From Tetramitus jugosus (Eukaryota > Protista > Heterolobosea): a stretch of 64,000 bases of DNA. Below are positions 30,629-41,247 of this stretch, one piece after another; positions within the stretch are counted from its first letter, which is position 1, and each line of letters begins with the position of its first letter. Below the pieces are notes generated by a model, which saw only the letters and a program-made list of their open reading frames with translations, was not told the DNA's origin and ran no database searches. The stretch lies in NCBI GenBank assembly GCA_937625935.1, contig OW569350.1, forward strand, positions 1-64,000, written 5' to 3'. The position numbers and the translations under genes were made by a program.

Positions 30629-32680
30629 ATGGACTTTCTCATCACTCAAATCAACAAGGGTGGCAAGCAAGTTCAACAACTGGTCACTGGAGTCACTGGT
30701 AATAACACTAATACTAACAATACTAACAACAACAACAACAACAATGGTAATAGTACTAGTGGATTACAGACGAGAAGCACCAGTAACCCCAATCTATCAT
30801 CACACCTAGACAGTCATCATCATCATCATCATGACACTAACAACAGCAACAGTAGCAGTAATACTCCTACCTCTGCTTCCTCTGTGAGCAGTAACAATGG
30901 TGGACACACTCCCTCTACTTCACTATCACATAGAGCATCAATGGTACTCATGTCACCTGCTTCTATTTTTGGTACAAACAACAACAATACTCACTCTGGT
31001 ATCAACAGTAGCTCCAACTCCAACAATAATAGTAGTAATATGAATCATTCATCCAATCATCGATTGTCAATGTCCTATTCCTCTCTTCCATTATCTTTGC
31101 AACAATCCAACAACAATAGTAACAGTAACAACAGCGCTAGTAGCACTATTTCTCCTAGAAGCACCATTGTCAAGAGTAATTCATTGGAAAATGTGCATCA
31201 TCACAATTCTATTCCCGTAGACATGGAAAATTTGAGCAGTGCTACTGTGGCAAATCCTTGGAACAGCAACAAATTCCTTACGCCTTATGTCTCAGAGACC
31301 AAGGTCACAGGATACACGATTGAACACTATCCGACTCACTTCCTAGAGCCATTCAACTCTTATTCCGCGCGAAAGCAGTCATCAGAAGAGATACCAATGG
31401 ATTTGATCAATTTGGAGCAACAGATGGGTCATTATGAAACAATGATTCACAATCATGGTGCTCACAATTTTTCACCCAACTTGCTCAGTTCATTGATTTC
31501 ATTCTTTGGTAACTCTCCGAGCATCAAGGTACAGGAGCAGTTGATTGGAATATTTAGACAGGTTGTCCCTGTCAAGTCATCTGATTTGAACCTGGAGTAT
31601 TGGAGTGTGATGAACATTGTGTACAAGAATGCTGATTCATATTCATTGGATGCTCTGTTAAGTTTTTGTAACTTGTCTCAGTATTTTGATCCAACGATTC
31701 CCTTGTCTGCCACAGTGATCTCCAATAGCAGTGATCTATCGTCTAGTGTTGTCTCTGCAAGCTACAATAACAACAGTGGAGTCGTCGAGTCAGACATGAC
31801 GACAAACAAGAGTGAAGTGATACCAATTTATGACTCTGATGTATTGAACTTGTCGTTTGGTGTATGTTTAAGAATGTGTGAGAGATATGCACAGGATCAA
31901 GTGTCACATTTGTGGACCCTGATGCTCAAGATTTTGTACCGCAACTGTGATTTGCTGAAATTGAATCAGCATTGGGACAGCGTGATCCTCTTGTTCAACA
32001 ATTCAATTGCCAAGATTGATCAAGAGAACAAGATTGAATTTGAATCATTTGTTAAGAGCCTTGTTCCTCATCATACTGAATACTTGACTCAGCAAGTGAA
32101 GATGAATCATGAGAAGACTCCAAACAGCTCATCAGCAGTCTACATAGAACTGCCAAGCAATTTGTACCTGGAATTGTGTCTTGTACTATCACAGGTGAAA
32201 GGTCATCTCGTTTCGTACGGCGTCGAACACATTGAAAACAATGTATTACCAGACTGTGAGCAACTAAAGAAGGAGTTGAATGTAGAACTGATACTTGGCT
32301 TACCAAGGACTTTGTCTCTGGTTGTTGGTCAATTGTTGGTTGCTGTGCGATCCCTATCGCAAGAGAATCATTCATCTGGGTCAGAAGGTGATGATTCATC
32401 TTTAACTGATAACAGGTCTCAATTGTTGTCTTTGTATCAGCTTGTACGTCGTATCGAGAAACTGTTGGGAGGAGATGCGAAGCATTTGGAGTTTTTGATT
32501 GAAACAATTGACAACACAAAGTACATTATCGAGATGAAGCAGAAATTGGTTGCACTGTACGAGGAGTTGGCTTTGGAGGGCACAAGCGATATGAGAGCTC
32601 ATTCCATTCAAATGCTGCGTTCCCATGGCGAATCTCTCAAAGCAAGACTGTTGAGTAACATGTTTCAAGAAGCAAAGTGA
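30629..32680 (+). CDS. Hypothetical protein with Asn/Ser/His-rich N-terminus and alpha-helical C-terminus
   Basis: 683-aa ORF with ATG after a typical A/C-rich leader; no family recognised. Confidence 0.75.
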   Translation: MDFLITQINKGGKQVQQLVTGVTGNNTNTNNTNNNNNNNGNSTSGLQTRSTSNPNLSSHLDSHHHHHHDTNNSNSSSNTPTSASSVSSNNGGHTPSTSLSHRASMVLMSPASIFGTNNNNTHSGINSSSNSNNNSSNMNHSSNHRLSMSYSSLPLSLQQSNNNSNSNNSASSTISPRSTIVKSNSLENVHHHNSIPVDMENLSSATVANPWNSNKFLTPYVSETKVTGYTIEHYPTHFLEPFNSYSARKQSSEEIPMDLINLEQQMGHYETMIHNHGAHNFSPNLLSSLISFFGNSPSIKVQEQLIGIFRQVVPVKSSDLNLEYWSVMNIVYKNADSYSLDALLSFCNLSQYFDPTIPLSATVISNSSDLSSSVVSASYNNNSGVVESDMTTNKSEVIPIYDSDVLNLSFGVCLRMCERYAQDQVSHLWTLMLKILYRNCDLLKLNQHWDSVILLFNNSIAKIDQENKIEFESFVKSLVPHHTEYLTQQVKMNHEKTPNSSSAVYIELPSNLYLELCLVLSQVKGHLVSYGVEHIENNVLPDCEQLKKELNVELILGLPRTLSLVVGQLLVAVRSLSQENHSSGSEGDDSSLTDNRSQLLSLYQLVRRIEKLLGGDAKHLEFLIETIDNTKYIIEMKQKLVALYEELALEGTSDMRAHSIQMLRSHGESLKARLLSNMFQEAK

Positions 32681-32841
32681 ATGAACAATACACCACACAA
32701 ACCAGAATAAAGAGTTTGGTTACCTTGAGATCGCATCCATGTCTGTCTTCCAGTTGCTGCTTGAATCGCAACCAAAGCGAACTCAAAATGACGCACACAA
32801 AAACAAACTTCAGAAAAAAAACAAGAACAAGAACAACGATC

Positions 32842-33402
32842 ATGTCAACAGCTGAATCATCAACAACAACCAAGGCAACACCAGTGCAAGGAGGTGGTCA
32901 AACAGAAAAATACAATTGGACACAAGAAATTGGTAGTGTCATGGTCACTATTCCCGTCACACAAGGTACCAGAGCCAAACAATTGAACATTGTCATCAAA
33001 TCAAAGCACTTGTTGGTTGAAGTTAGAGGTGGAGACAAGTTTATTGATGGTGAATTACCATATGACATCAATCTGAGTGAATCCATGTGGCAACTCGAAG
33101 ACAACAAGGAAATTTTGGTTCATTTGATCAAAAAGGTTGGCACATGGTGGCCAAATGTCATTGTAGGAGACCCTGAAGTTGATATTGCAAAGATTGAACC
33201 TCCTCAGGCTAAATTGTCTGATTTGAGTGGAGAGATGAGATCCACGGTGGAGAAGATGTTGTTTGATCAGAACGCAAAGGCACTTGGTCAACCTACGTCA
33301 GAAGAGAGACTCAGAGATGCAAATGTGAGGAAATTGCAACAAATGCATCCAAATGTCGATTGGAGCAAGATGGATCTCAGCAAGGCTCAATTCAATTTTT
33401 AA
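32842..33402 (+). CDS. NUDC: NudC-family CS (p23-like) domain co-chaperone
   Basis: YNWTQ..V.V.IP, IDGEL..I...ES.W.LED, KLSDL.GE.RSTVEKMLFDQ..K.LG.PTS. Confidence 0.88.
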   Translation: MSTAESSTTTKATPVQGGGQTEKYNWTQEIGSVMVTIPVTQGTRAKQLNIVIKSKHLLVEVRGGDKFIDGELPYDINLSESMWQLEDNKEILVHLIKKVGTWWPNVIVGDPEVDIAKIEPPQAKLSDLSGEMRSTVEKMLFDQNAKALGQPTSEERLRDANVRKLQQMHPNVDWSKMDLSKAQFNF

Positions 33403-33686
33403 TCAATTCACTTTGTGTATCAACCACGGCTTCATTGTTCTTTTGCTTTTTACACTTTGCTTGTATTCTTCTCTGTTGTTGTATGGGAGTTCGTTGTTGA
33501 ACTTTCATGGAGGGAACATCGGAACAGTCATTTTTTTGTAACTCCGATGACTTGACAGAAGACATGTACGCCGAAAGCATCAAACATTTTGTCCTCCATC
33601 CATCACCAAAACACTTGTGGATTCTCAAAGGTCACTTCATCATCGTACCACCACCAACAACAACAACAACCAAATCAACAACAATC

Positions 33687-36600
33687 ATGAATTTAACAAG
33701 CATTTTCGAAGCAGAGAGAAAAACTCCTGATGACAGCATTGCCAAAAGAGAACAAATTGCTGGCATGCTTCAAAAATTGATCAAAACAGAGACTGACGTC
33801 TCACTCATATCGAATCAAATAACAGATGGATTTTCTACTCTACTCGGACCCAAATTCCTACTCAATGAACATAGTTCACTCATTCGAAGGAGAAGTGCCG
33901 CATGTATTGCCAATATCACAAGCTTAGAATCACCACTCGTTCATGCAATTCTCAGAAATAATAGAGCATTGGAGAGTGTAGTGTCCATGTTGCGACAATA
34001 TGGTGGTGGTGGTGATGCATCAGATGATGAATCAGCTGTTCAAGCCATTCAACACGCGTCACTCTGTCTGTTGAACATGATGTCGATTGGTGAGGAGAAT
34101 CAGCGTTATTTTGTCAGAGAGAAATTGTCGGTGGACAGTATTAGTGATTGCTTGGGATCGTTTGTGAGATCTTCTGATAAGTGGCATGATTCTCTCGTTT
34201 CTGACATTATTGCCAATTTGATGATTGTGTTGTCCTTGTTGGCACTCAATGAATCACTGTGTGTTCAAATGTGTCAACCAGTGGTCAATCCTCAAAACAG
34301 CACTGTACTGCTCGTGTGTCACATATTAAAGTCAACAACAGCGGAGAATGTGAGTGATGAAGTGTTGGAAGCTTGTTCTGCACTCTTGTGGAACAATGCA
34401 TTGTGTGAAGCAACGAGACCAATTACGAGTGAACATATTGATGAACACGTGATGAACAAGTTGATTTCAATGAGTAAGAGCTCGAATCAAAAGTTGAGAA
34501 ACAATTCGAATCACGTGATTCAAATATTGTCGACCGTGGCGTCGACACAACAGTTTTTGACCAATGATATACCATCATTGATCCATGGATTGAGAGGAAG
34601 TAAGACGGAGGACATTTTGCATTCTGCTGGAACCATTTGGAACATTGCCTGTGGCGCAGAGGCAAGACAGGAGATTGAGAACCTTGCTGGTGAAGAAGCT
34701 CTGGTCTTACAGATCAAGAGACTACTGAGTTCAGATGTAACTCAAGACACATTGCAGCTCATGTACAAGATAACGGGTGCCCTTTCGGCTTTGACATTGA
34801 GTGAATCGATATCATTGAAGTTGGGCAAGCTGGGATGCATTGAACTGTTGTTTCAAATACTAAAGTCTTCAGCTCTCCAGCAAAACATTTCCATTAGTGA
34901 GAACGCACTTTCTGTACTGAGCAACTTGGCCATTAATGAGGAAAATAGAACAATGATGAGAACCATGGATCAGATTCAGTTCCTTGTGGCCTATTTGGAT
35001 CCTACAAAGAAAGGTCACGTGTCTGAAGTATCAGGCGAGGAGGAACAATTGTTTAAACTGGCTGAAAGAGCCTCAAATGTTCTTATTAGTATATCAGTAG
35101 AGAATTCAGGTGGCGATATGATTAGACAAGCCGGTGGTATCGAGAAGCTTGTTCATTTGGTCAAGACCAAAGAAGCACAAGAAATGCAATCTGACGGTTC
35201 ACCTGACACTCCAAACTCTCGCTACACAAAAGCAAAGAGAACGGCCACTACTGTCTTGTGGAATTTATCGTTGAATGATGATAATATGAAGTTAATCGAG
35301 GATCTAGATGGAATTAAACCTCTCGTGTCAATGCTACCACAGACCAAGCTCGATGACACCATCTTCCTGAATAATGTTAAGAAAACAGAGGAGCAGGATA
35401 AGCAGTACGACGAGGCCGCTGCCGCAGCCGCTGTAGCAAAGGCCATAGAAAATGATTCGGATGAAGAGACTGATGAGTCCAGTGATTCAGAGGATTCGTC
35501 ACTTGTGGATCCAAGTAGCTCTGAAATCGTAACTGAACTTTCATCAGATACGACCGCAACACCTGTTCAAATTCCTGAGATGTCCGTAGAGCCTGTGGCA
35601 TCAGTTGAGGAAAAAGTCGAGATTATGAAGCTGCCTCCTCGTGTACCTCCTCAACGGAAGGTTGTCATTCCAGCTGTCAATCTGGCTGCAGCAGCAGAGG
35701 CAGCTCGACAGACCCTTCAAGAGTTGACTCTACGTGAGTCTTTAACCCCAAAGACACCTCACACACCAAAGACGCCAAAGGTTATGCCAACCAGAGTTCC
35801 TGTGGCTCAAATCAGATCTCTTGCAAATACAAAGCTTGCACGGTTGAACAAAAAGTGGGAGCATATCAAACTGTTGATCGATTCTGAGAGAGAGTACATT
35901 GAATTATTGGCTTGGATGGATCAAAACTTCATGGCTCTCAACAGTTTCGTCATGAGAAATAACATGATTGATGAGCAAGCTCATAGTGACATGTTCCAGG
36001 ATATGGACTGCCTGAGAATGGTCAATTTAGATCTTTACATCGAGCTCGAGAAAACATATTTGGAATACAAGGACAACTTCAAGGAGAGAGACGAACAAAT
36101 TATGATTGGTTCCATCCTCACCAAGCGATCACCAACACTGCGCTTATACAAGACATATGCCAACAACTTAAAGAGAGCAATCGATACTTTGTCTCTTCAA
36201 ATGAATAACAAGTCTGAGTTTAATGAGTTTGTTGCCAAGCAGTGCGAAGAGATTAGAAAGAGATCATCCAAATTGAACGAATATACAAAGAAGTTGTTCT
36301 TTAACACGGACAATAAGCCTCCCCTGTCACCAAAGGAGGAAAGCAAGAATGAGACAGAAGTGTCGGTTGATAATATCCTGCAAGACTTGCTACTCAAGAA
36401 ACCAATCGAGAGAGTGAATTTCTATGTGTTGTGGCTAGAAGAGATGATCAATGTACATATGAACACTAATCATCCAGATCAAAAGTATTTGAAGGAAGCG
36501 GACAAGCAACTGGGAATGATCAATGACTATTGTGTCAAGAAGATACAGCAACTAGAACAATTGGACCTATTTGCCAAGTTGTTGAATGAACATCCATTCT

Positions 36601-37680
36601 CACAGAAACAGAAGAAGTTCTTCTTAATGAAGAATGTTGGATTCCCAGAGCCACAGGGCTATCAAGGCTATCATGTGTGGAGCAGAAGCTACGAGAAGAG
36701 GTTAGCAAAGTCTTACAAGGCTTGGAGCAACTACAAGGGTCCAATCGATTCAAAGGCTACCACTGTGAGAAAGTTGATCGCGAGATATGGAGTAGTGCCT
36801 TTGATGAGACCACGCGTCTGGATGGCTCTCTCAGGAGCTCAACGTAAGATGGAGGAGAATGTTGGATACTATCAAAAGATTTTGCTGAGCGGTAGTAAGT
36901 CCCTCTCTCCAAAGGTTGTGGAGGACATTGAGAAGGATATGAAGAGAACATATCACGACCATCCATTCTTCCAGGAGGAAAATTCACCAGTTTTCTCTGC
37001 TATGCGTCGTATATTTGTCGCATACAGCACGAGAAATCCCTTGGTCAACTACTCTCAAAGCTTCAATTACATATGTGGTCTCTTGTTGCTGCACATGTCC
37101 GAGGAGGAAGCCTTCTGGTTGTTCGTTTGTATCATAGAAGACTTTTTGCCACAAAACTTCTACAGTCCTAATCTTAAGGGTGTGTTGGTTGATGCCAGCA
37201 TATTGGACGAACTGATCTATCAACATCACTCAAAGATTGCTGTGCATTTCAAGAGACTTGGGTTCGAATTGTCAGCGTTCACTATGGCCTTCATGATGAA
37301 ACTGTATTCATCTGATTTCCCATACGAAACAACATTGCGTATTTGGGACAAGTTGTTCCTCGAAGGTGCCATTGTATTATTCAAAGTTCCGCTGTATGTA
37401 CTCATTCGTGATTTTTGTGTTTTATACGATAGTGGAACAAATTCTAACTCTTTTCATCCAATCCAGTTCACTACTCAAAATTAATGAGAGTGCTCTGTTG
37501 AAAGCTCCAGATGTGAGCAGCTTGATGCTCTGCTTCCAGAACATGATTGTGAAACCATGCTTCGATGTGGATAAACTGCTGAAAACGGCAGACAAGTATG
37601 ACAAGAAGGTGAATATTCAAAAGATTGATTCGCTCAGGAAGAAGTACTCATCACTGATTGATACGGAGCTGAAGAGATAG
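33687..37680 (+). CDS. ARM-repeat + RhoGEF (DH) + Rab-GAP (TBC) fusion protein, 2 exons
   Basis: Exons 33687-37393 and 37467-37680 (GTATGT..TTCTAAC..CAG, frame preserved). ARM repeats (LWNLSLN, GGIEKLV); DH (LIDSEREY, LYKTYANN, KPIERV, HPD); TBC (RPRVW, IEKDMKRT, YSQ, EEEAFW, LRIWD). Confidence 0.88.
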
Positions 37681-37710
37681 TCAACTACAACCATTTATAT
37701 AAAGTGACAG

Positions 37711-38826
37711 TTAACGTTTCTTTGGTGATTTGGCCTTCTTCTTTCTCCTGGCTAGTTTTTCCAGTCTCTTTTGTTCTTCTCTCTTGTCGAGGACTCTCCT
37801 GTAGAAACGACCAATCACTGCGGCTGCTTCTAATCTCTTTTTCCTGGCATCTTGTTCCTTCTGTTTTTGAACTACAATTGCCTGATACTCTTCATCCTTC
37901 TCTTTCCTGTCTGTGTGGCACTTTTCCAATTCTCGGTTCAGGTATTCGAGTCTCATGTTGTCTTCTTTGTGCTCGTGCATTAAGGTATTGACACGCAACG
38001 TAGTTTTGGACATGTACGAATCATATTCAGCAATTGTGTCCTCTACCTGTCTCTCTGCATTCTTTCGGTGCAATTTGAGATCATTCTCTTTCTCCATATT
38101 CAGCTGTTTCATTTCTAGCAGAAGTTGCTTCGTTTTGTTGATTCTGTCCAAAATTAAAGCTCTAAACTTCTCGTACTTTTGCTTTGCAATCTTCTCTTTG
38201 ACTTCCATCTTGTTGTTGTACTCGTTCTTGTCCGAAGAAGTATCTTGAAGCAATATCGAATAATCAGACTGATACTTTTTTACAAAATCCTCTCTGACGG
38301 ATAATTCCTTGTCTCGACTACTCTTTTCTGAAGCTAATTCTCTCTCCAATGCTTTCTTGTCTGCATTTGCCTTCTTCTCCCTTGCCGCTGTCTCCTTCTT
38401 CAGTTCGTTCTGGATTTGTCTTTCTTCTTCGGTCGTCTTCAACTTTCCAATCCAAACAATTCTCAAATCTTCCATCATTCGAACAAATTGAAGCATTTTC
38501 TTTGTTTCCAGCTCGTCCATGGGAACATGATCCACATATTTGTCCTTTTTCAGTAATTGACACACTTTCATCGTTGATTTCTTCACTCGCTTACTCCATT
38601 CTACTACATCTGCCTGTTTCTTCTCTTCTACCTTGGTAGATAGAATCTTTTCTTCATCGTAGAGCTCTTGCAAAGCATGATTAGATGCTTCGGAGAGCTT
38701 TTTAGAGGATTGCGGGGAAACAGCTTTCTCGTTCTTTGGGATGTACTGTAGTATCTGAAAGTCTTCTACAAGTTCATCCAAAACATTTGTAATTCTCTGA
38801 ATCTCTAGTTGAATCTTAGTATTCAT
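37711..38826 (-). CDS. DRC10: Dynein regulatory complex subunit 10 (IQCD)-like
   Basis: EIQRITNVLDE, KL.TT.EEE, long coiled coil, I.EYD..M, IQ-like AAAVIGRFYRR, basic tail. Confidence 0.75.
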   Translation of the reverse strand: MNTKIQLEIQRITNVLDELVEDFQILQYIPKNEKAVSPQSSKKLSEASNHALQELYDEEKILSTKVEEKKQADVVEWSKRVKKSTMKVCQLLKKDKYVDHVPMDELETKKMLQFVRMMEDLRIVWIGKLKTTEEERQIQNELKKETAAREKKANADKKALERELASEKSSRDKELSVREDFVKKYQSDYSILLQDTSSDKNEYNNKMEVKEKIAKQKYEKFRALILDRINKTKQLLLEMKQLNMEKENDLKLHRKNAERQVEDTIAEYDSYMSKTTLRVNTLMHEHKEDNMRLEYLNRELEKCHTDRKEKDEEYQAIVVQKQKEQDARKKRLEAAAVIGRFYRRVLDKREEQKRLEKLARRKKKAKSPKKR

Positions 38827-38946
38827 TTATTCCTTGGAAGTTCTGATCATGTAGCTCGAAACTGTAGTTGCTTCATCGGAAAATGTGGAGGAGATTTATG
38901 TCGGCCAGAAAACAAATTTTGATCCTCAAACACAACACCAAAAAAA

Positions 38947-40932
38947 ATGGCGCCCAACAACACCAAGGCAATGACGCTTTCCACAACAACATCAACAACA
39001 TCGAATGATCTACTGTTATGTGAATATGTGTATCAATATTGGACAAAAATTCTCAATGTGACGACAGAGCTTCATGACTTGACAACAAGCATCATCTCAA
39101 ACAACAACGACACTGAACAACAAAAAGAACGAGTTGTCGATTGGTCACACATTGCACGTCTCATGTCTCAACATGTCATGTTGACAACACTTGACAATGA
39201 TGATGACTCAACAATAATGATGAATGGTGGTAGTACTCTGAATAATGGTGATCTCACTCAAACAAGTGAACAAAATGAACAACAATCATCAGATTATTCT
39301 GAAAATGTCATGAAAATTCAAAATTGGTGCAAACAACGATACGAATACTTGCAATCATCACTACTCGCACTATCATCACTCAACAACGAACAAGATTCAT
39401 CATCTCCAACACCACGACAAGTGTATGAACATGTGAAAAGCAATCATATTGAACAATTGAAATCGATTCAGAAGAAGATGCAAACATTTGTTCAAGTGAT
39501 GCAAAATGATTTGTCAATGTTAATGGTTAATAATGATGATGATGGTGATGGTGATGGTGATGACGAAGAATGTGATGACAATGATAATGATGATGATGAT
39601 GAACAAACGAACAACAACCAAAATGTGATTGAGAATTTTGAATCGTTCATGTCCATATCCAAAGAACAAGAAAATCAATTCAATCATCAAATTCAGTTCT
39701 CTAAACCGAACAACAAACAAGGTTTATTCACAATCGACAATCTGATTACTGAAATTGAACGGATCAATCAAGAAAAACAAAAACAGCAATTATTGTTGTT
39801 GGAACAAGGAGAACATGCCAAGAAGCTATTAGAACAACAGCAGCAACAACAAAAACTTAAACAACAACAAGAAGAAGAAGAGGCAGCAGCAAAAAAGTTA
39901 GCATTGGAGAGTGAATCGTTAGCGATGCAGCATGAAAAGACAACAGGAACATTAGCGATTGATGCAGATGGAGATCATGTCATGATGGATGTTGTTGATT
40001 CATCATCGAGTGTACATTCCAAGGATGAAACGGATGCATTGACTGAAACCAAGAAGAATACGTTGGTTGATCTTTCATGCCATGAGAAGATCTCTGTGAT
40101 TTCATCATTGGCAGCCGAGAACCAAGCAACAGATGTTGAAAATTCTGAATTGGTGATTGAAACACAACAATCGATTGATCAAGACACAAACAATGTCAAA
40201 GAACAGACAGAGAACTCTGACGCTGTTTCTGATAAACTTAACGAACAAACAGAGGCAGGACAAGTCTCTAGTTTATCTATAACGCCCAAGAAACGCACAA
40301 GAGAAACACCATCTGACGATCAAAGTCCAAAGAAACCCAGAATGTCAGCAAACGAAGAAACACCAACAAATGTCTCAACACCATCGACCGAGGAGACAGA
40401 TGCCGAGACACTACGCCTGCTCGAAGTATTCAAATCAGGTAAGGACAGAAGAGCGACTCGAGCAAGAACAAGAGAGAGTCAATCAACTGCAGACAATGAA
40501 GATTCTGATGAGGACATGGATGCTGATAAGGAAGAGGCCCAACAAAAAATCGTAGAGCTCATGAATGATATTATCAAGGATATATCGAAAGAAGAGAGTG
40601 CAAAGCCGTTTAGGAAGCCTGTAACGGAGCAAATTGCTGCTGGATATGAGCAAATTATTCTGCAGAAACGAGACTTGTCCTGGATGAGAAGAAATATTAA
40701 GAATGGCAATATCACAACAATAGCTGAACTGTGGCGTAACATTGCTCTCATGTTCCAGAATGCTGTCATGTTCAATCCAAGAAGCTTTGATATTCATCAA
40801 CAAGCCAAAGAGCTCCGTGCCAAATCGAGAGCACTGATTCAGAAAGCTCTTTCGGAGGAAGCAAAAATTCTGGGAGCAGCTCCATCACCCATATCCAGCT
40901 CACATCTGTTTCCTAATCAAACGGGTCAGTGA
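38947..40932 (+). CDS. Bromodomain protein (C-terminal bromodomain, BRD8-like)
   Basis: AKPFRKPVT..A.GY..II....DL, LMFQNAVMFN with the conserved Asn; acidic/Gln-rich N-terminal region. Confidence 0.85.
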   Translation: MAPNNTKAMTLSTTTSTTSNDLLLCEYVYQYWTKILNVTTELHDLTTSIISNNNDTEQQKERVVDWSHIARLMSQHVMLTTLDNDDDSTIMMNGGSTLNNGDLTQTSEQNEQQSSDYSENVMKIQNWCKQRYEYLQSSLLALSSLNNEQDSSSPTPRQVYEHVKSNHIEQLKSIQKKMQTFVQVMQNDLSMLMVNNDDDGDGDGDDEECDDNDNDDDDEQTNNNQNVIENFESFMSISKEQENQFNHQIQFSKPNNKQGLFTIDNLITEIERINQEKQKQQLLLLEQGEHAKKLLEQQQQQQKLKQQQEEEEAAAKKLALESESLAMQHEKTTGTLAIDADGDHVMMDVVDSSSSVHSKDETDALTETKKNTLVDLSCHEKISVISSLAAENQATDVENSELVIETQQSIDQDTNNVKEQTENSDAVSDKLNEQTEAGQVSSLSITPKKRTRETPSDDQSPKKPRMSANEETPTNVSTPSTEETDAETLRLLEVFKSGKDRRATRARTRESQSTADNEDSDEDMDADKEEAQQKIVELMNDIIKDISKEESAKPFRKPVTEQIAAGYEQIILQKRDLSWMRRNIKNGNITTIAELWRNIALMFQNAVMFNPRSFDIHQQAKELRAKSRALIQKALSEEAKILGAAPSPISSSHLFPNQTGQ

Positions 40933-41247
40933 AACTGTGGAAGCATATTCACCCGCAAGTGCCCGCATGAAGGCTCAACTCGACCAAATTTTGCGTTGGA
41001 TTTACAAACATCCTCTGTGAATGATTCGGTTTTGATTTTGGACTTTGCCGCTTTTAGCGATTTTTTCCCCTTCAAGCTCGCAGTAGTTTCGCTGACCGTT
41101 TTTCACTGGGAGCGTTTCGCAACTACGAATCTATTCCCACAGAGGTCTCTATTCTTAGAGGAGAGAATAAAACAAAGGGGAGTGCTGCATCACAACGACT
41201 TAGACAAAGAACTCATCGAGTACTCGCACACACATTGTCCACACAAT

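Noticed and set aside
30629-30679. Apparent head-to-head CDS overlaps in the ORF track (also 32677-32680)
   Set aside because: Caused by extension to upstream or non-ATG starts; plausible ATG starts remove the overlaps.
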